Source: Haliotis rufescens
Taxonomy: Eukaryota
Length of the DNA stretch: 64,000 bases
NCBI RefSeq assembly: GCF_023055435.1
Contig: NW_025963846.1
Coordinates: forward strand, 14,012,001 to 14,076,000
Direction: 5' to 3'
A program made the position numbers and the translations under genes. Shown one piece after another: positions 1 to 12,570 of the stretch. Below the pieces are notes generated by a model, which ran no database searches, was not told where the DNA came from, and saw only the letters and a program-made list of their open reading frames with translations. Positions within the stretch are counted from its first letter, which is position 1; each line of letters opens with the position of its first letter.

Positions 1-1271
1 TTGACCAGACAATCCAGTGATTGATATCATGAGCATTGATCCACGCAATTGGGATTGATGACATACATCAACCAAGTCAGCCAGCCTGACCACCCGATCC
101 TAATAGTCACCTCTTACGACAAGCATAGTTGCGTTTTACGGCAAGCATGGGTTGCTGAAGACCTATTCCACCCCGCCACTATGAGGTGTAGTGATGCATG
201 TCTGTTTTTAATAAGTAAGCTAATGACATGTCATCAAGCAAGAAACATCGTCGTTTCTGCGATGTAGTATGAGCAGTCTGAGCTCTTGCAGGCTTCCCTC
301 TCAGGCCTCTGGAGTGGTATATGTGCACAATAAGTTTCAATGATCAATGTATCCTATAAGGAAGCTGTATAGAGGCATGACAGCCCAGCTGGTACCCAAC
401 TGTATGTTGTCATGGTAACTACTCCTAAACCAGGAAGTCTTTTGAAATTGGGCTCCATTAGCTATGTAGCAAGGATCTGCGGAACATGGTCAGATTTAGC
501 CGGCCCTAGAACCTTATAATTGGACTTTATTTGGTCCAGATGAGATCAACAAGAAGGAATGTGAGAATCAACTATTGACATTTTGTATCACTTGAGTAAG
601 AAGGTTTTATACTAAGGCACAATGGTGAGGTGGAATGGGGTTTAACGTTGCATTCAAGATTATTGCACTAACATAGCGACCTACATGCACGTGTTTGTGT
701 CTGCTTGTACTAGTCTGGACTAATGCCGATTTTATAGTGTTAGCCTATTGAGATACCATGCCGCAGTCTAACATGAATACCCCATGCAGACACAGTTCAC
801 TGACTTAGAGATGACCCATCCTTTTTTTTCCCCTATGCTGTGCGCCAGGCAGGGTAACATCAAGTACCATCTTTTATCGTCTTTTGGTGTGCCACAATTG
901 GAACTTGTACCTAAGAATGGGGTGTGTGGACTATACACAAGAAAATATTGTAGCACTTCAGTTTAATGTGAGAGAAACGCCAGTGCAGGTCATACACGTT
1001 TACTACTTAAGTGAAACCCCCAAACAAGGGTGTTAGTCATGCCAATGTCATTAACAACCACAGGCATATGCTGGGAAGAACAGACTTCGGATCTTAGTCA
1101 GGGCAGTTCTGGAATACAAACCCTTGATTGGGGTATTCCAACACTGGCTGAGCTAAACTATCATTCAATAATCAAAAATGTCATGCCAGGACTCATTACA
1201 TTTTATGGTGAAGAGGTGATTCAGATGGTGAAAGAGTATTATACTACATGAAGTCTGTCCCTTTCCCTTGT

Positions 1272-4200
1272 TTAGTTGGAGAGCCCAGTAAGTTTGAATG
1301 ACCACGCCCACATACAAGGGATCTTGTTGACAGGAATCGGTGGAATTTCAATGACTATTCCTCCTGTGTTGCCTTTCTTCCAGTTAAAGTTGCCTTGGTA
1401 ACCCATCAAGGAAACGGTTGTTGCTACGGTCGTCACGGGGGCCCCAAGGGTCAAGGTGTCCCCCTCAGGCCAGTCAAGGATGATGGCGTATACGTTGTTC
1501 TGGTCACCATCTTTCTTGGATGTATACCTGGTGAAAAACATGAAAATCCAAAATAGTGACGGTATATAGGGCTAGGACGAGTCCAAATTACTACCAGGGT
1601 ACCCAACCCCTATTGCCCAACCGTACCCGGGTACCCGCTGTAGGTCTCAAGAGATAGGTACAAAATATCTGATTGGGAAACGGTTGACCTGTCAACATGT
1701 ATTTAGATATACGTAAAACTGATCTGGTCATGTAACACTGAAGTTGACTAAAGTTTTATCTTTATGCAAACATATATAGTCAGAAGGAAATGTGAACCTT
1801 TGTCACTTATAGTGTAGCCACAGAGTTCTAGATAATTAACTCGTGACTAACCACGGGTCCGGGTAGTCCTGTGGGTACCCGGGTCCTTCTCAGTACCAAC
1901 CTGACCCGAGTACCCAAGTTACCCATCCCAGCCCTAATGGTATAGGCCTGACTCTCTAATTGCAATTTATTGCAATAATGATTTTTATCATCCAAAACTG
2001 GCTCCCACAGGAGATATCGCTTGGATTAGATCAAGCGATATCTGCACTGTAGATATGAAATTACATCACAATGCTTTGCAGACCATTGTGACGTCACTGG
2101 TAACCATGACGTCACAATCAAATGACATCACTTATGGCTCTGCTACTGAAGCTGTTAGCAGTACTTTTTACACTGAAGACACAGCTAATTACTGTCTACA
2201 GATTGAAAAAGTTGGAAGAATGATGTTGGATGATAAATAAAATCTCACCCTCTATAGATTCTCTATATGTATTGCGATATGAACCACAATATATTGCATG
2301 CGATCTTTCATCTGTGATTTTTTATGAGCCTGAACAAAAAATTTTGACAGCTTCGTAGTCATGAACCATTTTGTTGGATGTTGTATATACATAGACACAG
2401 TATATACAGGGAGCTGGTCACGAAAAGTTTTGGCTTTTTTTATCACAGGAATCAGGCTGCTAATTTCCTAATTTCAATTTGACTTGTCACCTATGTAAAC
2501 TTTGCCAAAAAGAGGAAAAAAGATATGCATGATTTTGAAAAACACAATATACCCGAATTTTCCAAATGTATTGTGATACTTACTACGACAATACTGCCCA
2601 TCTCTAATCATCAATCAGGACTTCACAATTTTCCAACAAAACACTTACAGGCTACACTGTCTCCTTCACATAGATCATGGAGACATATATAGTGTATGTT
2701 GTTGAATGCCCAATATTCCAACCACCAGACAATAATGTGTGAGCAATGATCCATGCCATCGGGGTACAATGATACACAATGAACAAAGTCCCCGAGACTG
2801 ACAACCTGATGCATTTTGTCAGGGTGACTATTTCTGTCATATCACAGTTATTGAATGTGGTTGGGAGGCAAAACTAATACAGGCTCTTGACAATACCGCA
2901 ACACCTGCACATGTCAGCAGAACGTCAGAACAAGCCAAATTTATCCTATTTTAATATTTTTAGAAAATCGGGGGATAGTCACCACAAAGAAGATTGGATC
3001 AGGGTCATCTTCTTTAATACAATCATGGATAAAAAATCAACTCACTCCCTGCTTAAAATGATACGACTCTGAGGGTGGCATTATGGCATATGAGTGAGTG
3101 AGTGAGTGAATATGGTTTTATGCCGCTTTTAGCAATATTCCAGCAATATCATGGCGGGGGACACCAGAAATGGGCTTCACACATTGTACGACGGGTCTTT
3201 GGCGTGACGAGCGTACGCTTTAACCACTAGGCTACCCAACCGCCCCTTATGCCATATGAAGAGAGATATACTGGGTGTGAATATGTGTGACTGACCAGAC
3301 TCTCTTGGTCACTGTGTCGTTCTGGTGTGTCCAGGGCCGGGTGGAGTAGATGGCCTCCCCGTTCACCTTCATCCAGTCCCCCATCTGCTTCAGGCGCTCC
3401 TGGAAGATCGGGATGAGGCGGCCATCTTTGGTGGGGCCGATGTTCATCAGCAGGTTGCCGCCACAGCTGAAGTGTGAAATGATGACATTGTGACAGTTGC
3501 AGGTGCATTGGGGCAATGATAGAGGCAACAGGACGTCTAGAAGAGGACACAGTCCCTGAAAGAAGTATTACACAGTACCTGACACTGTCCATGACAGAAG
3601 TATGACACAGTACCTGACACAGTCCCTGACACAAGTATGACACAGTACCTGATAGAAGTATGACACAGTACCTGACACAGTCCCTGACACAAGTATTACA
3701 CAGTACCTGATAGAAGTATGACACAGTACCTGATAGAAGTATTACACAGTACCTGACACTGTCCATGACAGAAGTATGACACAGTACCTGACACAGTCCC
3801 TGACACAAGTATGACACAGTACCTGATAGAAGTATGACACAGTACCTGACACAGTCCCTGACACAAGTATGACACAGTACCTGATAGAAGTATGACACAG
3901 TACCTGATAGAAGTATTACACAGTACCTGACACTGTCCATGACAGAAGTATGACACAGTACCTGACACAGTCCCTGACACAAGTATGACACAGTACCTGA
4001 TAGAAGTATGACACAGTACCTGACACAGTCCCTGACACAAGTATGACACAGTGCCTGATAGAAGTATAACACAAGTATGACACAGTGCCTGATAGAAGTA
4101 TGACACAAGTATGACACAGTCCCTGACACAAGTATGACACAGTGCCTGACACAGTCCCTGACACAAGTGTGACACAGTGCCTGATAGAAGTATGACACAA

Positions 4201-7200
4201 GTATGACACAGTCCCTGACACAAGTATGACACAGTGCCTGATAGAAGTATGACACAGTACCTGACACAGTCCCTGACACAAGTATGACACAGTGCCTGAT
4301 AGAAGTATGACACAATTATGACACAGTGCCTGATAGAAGTATGACACAAGTATGACACAGTGCCTGATAGAAGTATGACACAGTACCTGACACAGTCCCT
4401 GACACAAGTATGACACAGTCCCTGACAGAAGTATGACACAGTACCTGACACAGTCCCTGACACAAGTATGACACGGTGCCTGATAGAAGTATGACACAAG
4501 TATGACACAGTGCCTGATAGAAGTATGACACAGTACCTGATAGAAGTATGACACAAGTATGACACAGTCCCTGACACAAGTATGACACAGTGCCTGATAG
4601 AAGTATGACACAAGTATGACACAGTGCCTGATAGAAGTATGACACAGTACCTGACACAGTCCCTGACACAAGTATGACACAGTCCCTGACAGAAGTATGA
4701 CACGGTACCTGACAGAAGTATGACACAGTCCCTGACACAAGTATGACACAGTCCCTGACACAAGTATGACACAGTACCTGACACAGTCCCTGACACAAGT
4801 ATGACACAGTACCTGACACAGTACCTGACACAGTCCCTGACACAAGTATGACACAGTACCTGACACAGTCCCTGACACAAGTATGACAAAGTGCCTGACA
4901 GAAACATGATGTAATACCTGACAGTTTCCACAAAGGTTTCCAGCAGGTCTTCGATGGTCAGGTAATCAGTCAGTTTAGCATTGCGCCTGTAGCCCCAGGA
5001 ATAATGGTCAATAGTCATTGCATTCTCCCACTTGTGTTTCTGCAGTACACCTGGAAGAGTCACACACACGAATATTACAACAGGTACTGAGGCTATGCTT
5101 ATATAATCGGTTTGCAGGTCCACTGACTCAGTGGAATCACACTGAACATGCTGAAACGCACTATTATGTTCGTCCTTCTAAATTGTAAACTTACATGTGG
5201 ACTCCCTGAATATATGTGCATATACTATATTACACTGAAGACTGATGAGACTTGCTTATGCTGCACATGGCAATATATTCAGATAACGTTTTGAAGAACA
5301 GAACAAAAGATGCAAAAATAGGTATTTTATTTCTCCTCCAACTTTTGCACACTTTCCATAAACCGTAAAACATTAGGCCACACCCACTGACAGACTACTG
5401 TTCCTTGATTGGCTGATAACAGAATGGGTGGGCCTTGTGTCGCATTATTGCGCTGTATGATGTTGCTGATTTTGTACTGTTGTCTTCCGTTATTTGTGAT
5501 AATTATCAAATAAGCAGTCTGTAGAGTTATTGTTGTTAATGAAATTCTTTAAAAGAATTGACTTCATTTTTGTGTTTATGGAGATATAAAAGTAAAAACC
5601 GGTGTGCACACTTTGTGTAAACCCACTACACGGAGGTACACAGGATGTGATAGCTTTTAACATTAATACCTTCATACACGCAAAATAGGGCTGGGATGGG
5701 TAACTCGGGTACTCGGGTACTCGGGTCGAGTTGGTACTGAGTACAACCCACAGGACTACCCAGACCCATGGTTAGTCATGTGATATATTGTTTAATGACA
5801 AACATTATCTAGAACTCTATGTGGTTACACTACAAGTCACTAATGTTCGCATTTCTTTCTAACTATGCACCCATTCCTTCTGACTTTTATATGTTTGAAT
5901 AAAGATAAAACTTCAGTAAACTTCAGTGTATGCATGAACGATCGTTTTATACATGTATGTACCTAAATAGTTTTGGCCAGGGCTCCGGTCAAACTATTCC
6001 CAGTTGGACATTATCTACCCAACTCTTGAGACCTACAGCAGGTACCCAGGTAGGGTCGGGTAATAGGGGGTGGGTACCCGGGTAGTCAGTTTGGAGTCTT
6101 CCCAGCCCTAATGCCAAACATATAGATGTCAATTTTCTTAAGTGTACATACTAACCCTGTGAGGAGAGTGGTCCAACCTACCTGGATTGTACCTGTCATC
6201 ACAGGTGTAGAACCCTCCGTGGTGACAGTCAGTGCCGCTGCCCCAACGGTCATTAGTCACTACAGTGTCTTTCACTGGGCTAGTGAATAAAAAGGTAGAA
6301 ATGAAATATTCAGTGTATCATTAAATACATTGTGTGTACATTCAAAATATCAAAAACATTTTCTTACAAAGTGCTTGCTCAACCCAAACATCAGCCAACT
6401 CAAGACATGATCAAAACATTATGCAAGTATCAGAGGTGATGGTGTCTCTCTCTTCCTCTGCGTGCGTGTTTTTCAATGCTGAACCCAGCAATATACAAGC
6501 TGCATGGCAGCAGTCAGTAATTAACTGAGTCTGGACCAGACAATCTAGTGATTGAGATCATAAACAATGATCCATATCATTAGGGTATGATGACACATAA
6601 TCAACTAAGTCACCGAGTCTGACCATCCAATCCATTAAGTCGCCTCTTACTACAAGCATAGGTTGCTGGTGACAGATCCCCACGGGGTAAATCTTCCTCT
6701 GCATGGGTTGACATACAATTATTTGGATATATTTATTTGCCAATATCAGTGCCAACCTATTTTAGAAATAATCAAATTTTCGGAATTCTAGTCTCAAATC
6801 AAATTTAATTTATTCACAGAAACAAATTATTTGGCTCTGGAATTTCCTGAAATGCTCAGATCTAAGCAGTGGGAGAAATGGGTTTAACATTAATTTCAAC
6901 AATATGTCAATCATATCACAGCTTGTCATGTTGGAGGAATGCACAAAAGGACGAGGTCTGAGAGGTTTACCATGGACATGATGCTGACAAACCTCGGATC
7001 ATAATAGGGATACAATAAATCTGCAGATCCTGGCACTGCCAAGGGATGGTACTCAGTGTTACAATCTCATTAAAATCAGATCTAAGTTCTCACTGCCGCT
7101 AAACAAAGATCTGAGGACATCCCATTACGGGTTGAACGACCTTTTGTGAACTTTGACCGACCACTGAAACGAATAACGAGAAGTTGATATCAGGCAATGA

Positions 7201-10200
7201 GAAAGCAGCTTTTTCAAGCTTTACTGAACTAGTTTCAACCTGGCGACTTCCATTTCAGACTACGCTTGAAAAATATGTTGACACAGTTCTCGATTAAAAT
7301 TTTGAAAACTGAACAAACAAACATTCTGGAATGTCTAATATATGGTTGCGATTGTATGGCTTTGCTTCTCACGTACTGTGCAACACCTCTTCCGTTTAAA
7401 TGTTTATCCCACGGAAGCGAGAGACACTTCACGGAATCAGTCATACGGGCCGAAACTGTCGATTGGAACACCCCGTGTTAACGTTTTTGAGGTTGAATGA
7501 TTAGAAAACACATTCTGACTGTCACTTTCATGTTCTGGTAAGCAACGCTCTGATTGGTTGGATGAAAGATCGTTCTGACGTGACCCATAATGGGATGTCC
7601 TCAGATCTTTGTTTAGCGATAGCGAGAACTAAGATCTGATTTTAATGAGATTGTAAGTGTTGTGAGTTGGTAAACACTTTGGCTAGAGGTAAATCCATAA
7701 TCTATCTATGCTGAACTTGCATTCACATGAGGCATAACACAATGGACATATGAAGCACTGGATAATTGAGGATAGGATTTGGCACTGACTCCAGATCTGA
7801 ATAAAACTAAATAAATAACCAGCAGATCCTGGCACTGGTAAGGGATGTAATTCTGCCTCACCTGTCATTGTACAGCCAGGCAATAAACTCCTGGGCCTGC
7901 CAGTATTCCGCTGAGCCTCCACCGCTGGCATCAGACCACACTACTTCTGGCTCATAGCTGTTGACCAGCTCATACAGCTCAGGGAGAGACCTGTTCTGTT
8001 AAAGAAGTCAGACGACATAAACATAGGATAGTTTGTTTTCTGGAAACACAAACAAGGTTGGTATTTGTTAAAAATTGCCACTCAATTCATTATTCATAAT
8101 TGAGGGTGTCAATCCCTTTTCAGTATGCTGGATGCCGATCCCTGGAAAGTGGTATTCTGGATGTGGGAGTGCAGTACACTGGGTGCCATAAAACGTTTCT
8201 CTGGTACCTGGATGCCAATACTTCAAAGTTGAAATTTATTTTTTAAATCAATAAAAATATTTAGCCATAATTAAATGGTCCTACATTCTAGGTGAAACTC
8301 CCAGACTAATTTGAGACCACCAGCTGTATACACTGATATGTCTTAACATTCTTAACTTGGATGCCAAGACAAATTATGTGGTATGGCAGATGCCTGGAGA
8401 GGGGAGTTGCCACCCTTATAATGAGAAGAAAAACATTGTCTGTTCTCAGACTTCCAGGGTTTTTTGAGCATATTGAGTGTTGTTGCAACCAATGGCAGCT
8501 GCATGGTATTGTTGCAACTGACGGCAGCTGCATGATATTGTTGCAACCGATGGTAGCTGCATGATGTTGATGCAACCGATGGCAGCTGCATGATGTTGTT
8601 GCAAATGACAGCTGCATGATGTTGTTGCAAATGACAGCAGCTGCATGATGTTGTTGCAACTGATGGCAGCTGCATGATGTTGTTGCAAATGACAGCAGCA
8701 GCATGATGTTGTTGCAACTGATGGCAGCTACATGATGTTGTTGCAAATAACAGCAGCTGCATGATGTTGTTGCAACTGATGGCAGCCGCATGATGTTGTT
8801 GCAACTGATGGCAGCTGCATGATGTTGTTGCAAATGACGGCAGCTGCATGATGTTGTTGCAACCGATGGCAGCTGCATGATGTTGTTGCAAATAACAGCA
8901 GCTTCATGATGTTGCTGCAAATGACAGCAGCTGCATGATGTTGTTGCAACCGATGGCAGCTGCATGATGTTGTTGCAACTGATGGCAGCTGCATGATGTT
9001 GTTGCAACTGATGGCAGCTGCATGATGTTGTTGCAACTGGCCATCAGTTGCATGATGTTGGAGCAACCGACGGCAGTTGCATGATGTTGTTGCAACCGAC
9101 GGCATCTGCATGATGTTGTTGTATCACTTACAAACACAAAACTCTGGGTGGTGAAGTTGTTGGCTTTGTCTTGTAGAAACAGGGGATTGAACCACTCGAA
9201 CAGGGTGTGATACACACCAAACTTCATGCTGGTCTTGCTCTTGATCGCACTAGCCAGCTCACCTGTCAGTAAAACATCAGTAAATTAGTGAGTGAGTAAG
9301 TTTAACGCAGTTTGGAAACGTATTCCAATAATATCACAGTGCGTCAGCTTAATGTGGGAGGAAAGCCTGAAGTGACACAGGCGTTTACCACTTTGGTAAA
9401 ATGAGCACGGGTATAGGTCTGACAAACCTAGTTACATAATCAGGGCAAAAACGGTATTCAAAACCATGATCAAATGTTTCAGACGTGACCAATGGGTGCA
9501 ACTCTGCAAAGCAAGTTGTAGCACCTTAGACGACTGGGCCAACCTGCCTCCCAAAATGATAATAAATTTAATGATATCCATGTAACTGATAATTGATAAT
9601 GATTTTCATTGACATTTTACCAAGTACTATTGCATAACAGTTCTTACCAACAAGATCGCGGTTTGGGCCCACAGCCTTGGAGTTCCAGTTGAAGGATGTC
9701 TTGCAGGGCCAGTTACAGAAGCCTTCATGGTGCTTGCTCACAAACACAACATATCTGAAACAGGCAGCATAAATCCATTCACTACACATTATGTTTGTGT
9801 TTCGAGATGGAATTGTTTCAATGGTCTGTAGGGGTGTCATGATTCACCAGTGTATTGACATTAGACTTCACAATGAGAAACACATCATGCCTACCCATGT
9901 ATCGATACATATTTAAATTCTGTATCGATTTTCAAAAAGAGCATTTACAGACTTGACAATAACCAGGCCCAACAACAACCTGGGTTTGTGTAAGTAACCT
10001 ATAGTCTGTCACAAAACAAAACACTGAACGGAGTGCAGAACAGGCCACAATGAACCAGTCACGAGAGTTTAACACAAACTTCCTGACAGAATCAACCTCC
10101 CATGCGCCGGAGCACATGGAAAACATGAAGCCACAAATTACTGTCTGTATCATGATGTGCATCATTTCACAAATATCACAACACAATTCAGTACAGCGAA

Positions 10201-12570
10201 TGGGTGTGGGTTTGACAGTCATAATCGTTGCCTGAGTCCTGAAGTTGTTTTGATAGCACTGTAGTCACTGTGCTGCTATTCAGAGTTACACCAAGAATGA
10301 CAACCGTACAAAATGGAAACACCAAAAATGGCAACAAATTTTACTATACTTCCGAACCTAAAATGGTTTTCATGTTAAAAAACGCTTTCATAAAAACAGA
10401 CAGAATACAAATGGCTACAACTAATTATATAAAGCAGTGAAACATAAATAGCAAATTCTATTTTGCTCATTAAAACAATCGAGTTACAAAGAAAATATGC
10501 TACAAAAACATCTCAATCTGAATAACATTGTTGAAAAAGCACAGCATGGGATGAAACGTAAGTATGTAAATCCTAACCATGTTTGTGCTTTGTCTTAATG
10601 TAGATGGAATATATTGCTTTCAAGTATGTGCATAGTGGTGACATGGAATTACTTGATAAAATCTTTTTATATTTCCTTTATGTTGTATTCTTCTCCTTCT
10701 GAGACAAATAGAATACCAGATATAATATATAACATATAAACAAAAGGAGCTTATTAATCACTGTTGATCCAGTTAATTAAAATAAATGGAACTGTCTTGC
10801 CATTTTCGTTTTAAGCTATATTAAAAGTCACTGCTGTTTTTGGTATATCCCTAAGCTTAGCGGACTGCCTCTGTGGTCTAGTGGTAGAGCATCTGCTAGC
10901 AGAGCGGAAGGTCGGGGGTTCAATCCCTGGCCAGGTCATACCAAAAGATGTTGAAAGATGGTACTTGTTGTTACCCGGCCTCACGCTCAATATTAAGGGG
11001 CTAAAACAAGGACTGTTCGGCACGGAATCAGTATTCTGTGTCTTAATGGGCTATTCATGTAAAATTGCAGTATGGTATCTTGGTTAGCACTATAAAATCA
11101 GCATTAATCACTGCTATAAAGTGACGTTGAACCCCATTTCACCTCACCTCACCTCATCTAAGAAAGTTGCCAAATCTTAGCTGTGTACTGCTGCGTTTTT
11201 ACAGAGACCATATATTATTATATGGTCTCTGGTTTTTACTATGCAATGTCGCCAATACGTATTAAAGGGGTTATAGCGAAAACGGCACCTCGGCAAAACG
11301 TCACCTCGACTCGAGCGAAAACGGCTACTGTGGCCTGGCAAAAACGGCACCTTATTTTTTCTTTTACCTTGGTCAAATAAGTGCTATTAAACGTATATGG
11401 TAACTTGCAAACACCAATAATTGTGAGATGCTAAAACAAGTGTACATTAGAAATTAGCCTCTACTCCAACTATAATCCAACTTAGCTTATACGCAACACA
11501 ACTTATTGTGAAAACATGACATGCTTTGAAGAAAAATAAATGAAATTAAACTCAAGTCGTCTCTTACAAACACAAATAATTGTGAAATTGTGAAATAAAA
11601 CAAGTAAGAAATTAAACCCCTAATCCAATTTACTCGCCGACTGATTGGGAGGCGCAGTTAACTTAATGTGAAAACACTATAAGCTTTGAAGTTTTAAGTA
11701 CCTTTACTCAATTTAAACTGAAACTGTATTTAGAGGCCTAACGTGGTGCTGTCAGATCACAATTATTCACAATGGCCTTTCGATGTGTTGCATGAGAGAA
11801 GAATGTCAGAAAACAACAACATGCTGTGATAACTGTGACCATGTAAATAAACCATATATATTACTACAAAAATCGTTCATATCCTTATTGAAAATAGAGG
11901 TGACGTTTTCGCCCGACACATAGTACCCGTTTTCGCCAAATGCGGTGCCGTTTTCGTCAGAGAAATCGGTGACGTTTTGCTGGGGTGCCGTTTTACCCTG
12001 CACCCGTATTAAAGTAAGGGCAACCATGCAGTCAATATGTCTAGCATAGCAGTTTATTGCTATGATTTCTTAGCTTCCCCAAGCTAACATAAAGGATAGT
12101 GACAGTACATGTCTAATATACAGCTCCACAGCTATCAGGATCTATCAATGATAGTGTTAACTGTAGTCCTTTACATCGATAATGTACATGGATATTTACT
12201 TTGCTCCAGCTTCTTCAAATATAGACGCCCACTCTTCAGGGTTGTAAAACTCGGCCGTGAACTCCCGAGCAAAGTCGGCGTATGTGAAATCTGGAGGATA
12301 ATTCTCTTGCATAAAGAATGATATTGCGGGTAAGGGTTGTCCTTTCCAGTTCCACCAAAACCATTCGGAAGAATAACTCGGCACAGAAAAAACACCCCAG
12401 TGAATAAAAATTCCAAGTTTTGCTTCATCATACCACGATGGTAGAGGTCTAGTGTCCAAAGAATCCCAGTTAGGTTCATATCTTTTACTGGCACATGGTG
12501 AAAAGGTTGAATAACACACTAGAAGAAACAGGATCCATAGTAAACACCGTTCCGTTGTTGAGGACGCCAT
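1272..12570 (-). CDS. FUCA: Alpha-L-fucosidase (GH29, FUCA1/FUCA2-like), 8 coding exons, ~466 aa, with signal peptide
   Basis: Exons (minus strand): 12570-12200, 9754-9648, 9262-9132, 7995-7862, 6279-6182, 5050-4918, 3466-3296, 1527-1272. All introns are GT..AG with consistent phases, total 1401 nt. Motifs: [85 protein letters not shown]. Confidence 0.97.
1567..1936. mobile_element. hAT-like MITE (TAGGGCT..AGCCCTA) with GGGTACCC subterminal repeats
   Basis: Terminal inverted repeats; imperfect 8-bp TSD ACGGTATA/ATGGTATA. A second copy in inverted orientation lies at 5686-6110. Confidence 0.85.
3547..4900. repeat. Complex minisatellite built from 11-12-bp modules (GACACAGTNCCT / GACACAAGTAT / GATAGAAGTAT) in FUCA intron 6
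   Basis: Directly visible. It generates the spurious Cys/Val/Ser-rich minus-strand ORFs. Confidence 0.95.
5686..6110. mobile_element. hAT-like MITE, second copy (inverted relative to 1567-1936)
   Basis: TAGGGCTGGGA..TCCCAGCCCTA; internal sequence is the reverse complement of the first copy; degenerate TSD ACGCAAAA/ATGCCAAA. Confidence 0.85.
7062..7653. mobile_element. MITE with ~70-bp TIRs and TA flanks (Tc1/mariner-like target)
   Basis: CAATCTCATTAAAATCAGATCTAAGTTCTC..GATCTGAGGACATCCCATTA matches the reverse complement at 7585-7653. A collapsed relic is at ~27360-27420. Confidence 0.88.
8480..9120. repeat. 29-bp minisatellite TGCATGATGTTGTTGCAACTGATGGCAGC (~22 copies) in FUCA intron 3
   Basis: Directly visible; ends about 10 bp from the exon 3 donor. 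Confidence 0.95.
10861..11155 (+). mobile_element. Family D tRNA-derived SINE with central conserved domain, (CACCT)n tail
   Basis: GTGGTCTAGTGGTAGAGC..GGTTCAATCCC head, then CCAAAAGATGTTGAAAGATGGTACTTG..CGCTCAATATTAAGGG. A diverged minus copy lies at ~625-900, fragments at ~42540-42620 and ~48130-48200. Confidence 0.85.
11268..12005. mobile_element. Non-autonomous DNA transposon, Mutator-like (9-bp TSD)
   Basis: Imperfect TIRs GGGT..AAAACGGCACC..GCAAAACGTCACC, repeated AAAACGG subterminal motifs, perfect TSD GTATTAAAG (11259-11267 and 12006-12014). Confidence 0.85.

Noticed and set aside
3227-5123. Long Cys/Val/Ser-rich ORFs (205-475 aa)
   Set aside because: They are translations of the intronic minisatellite, open in several frames. 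Only the embedded FUCA exons 4918-5050 and 3296-3466 are real.
8306-9111. QQHHAAA / CNNIMQL repeat ORFs
   Set aside because: The 29-bp unit is not a multiple of 3 and cycles through frames. It lies in FUCA intron 3.
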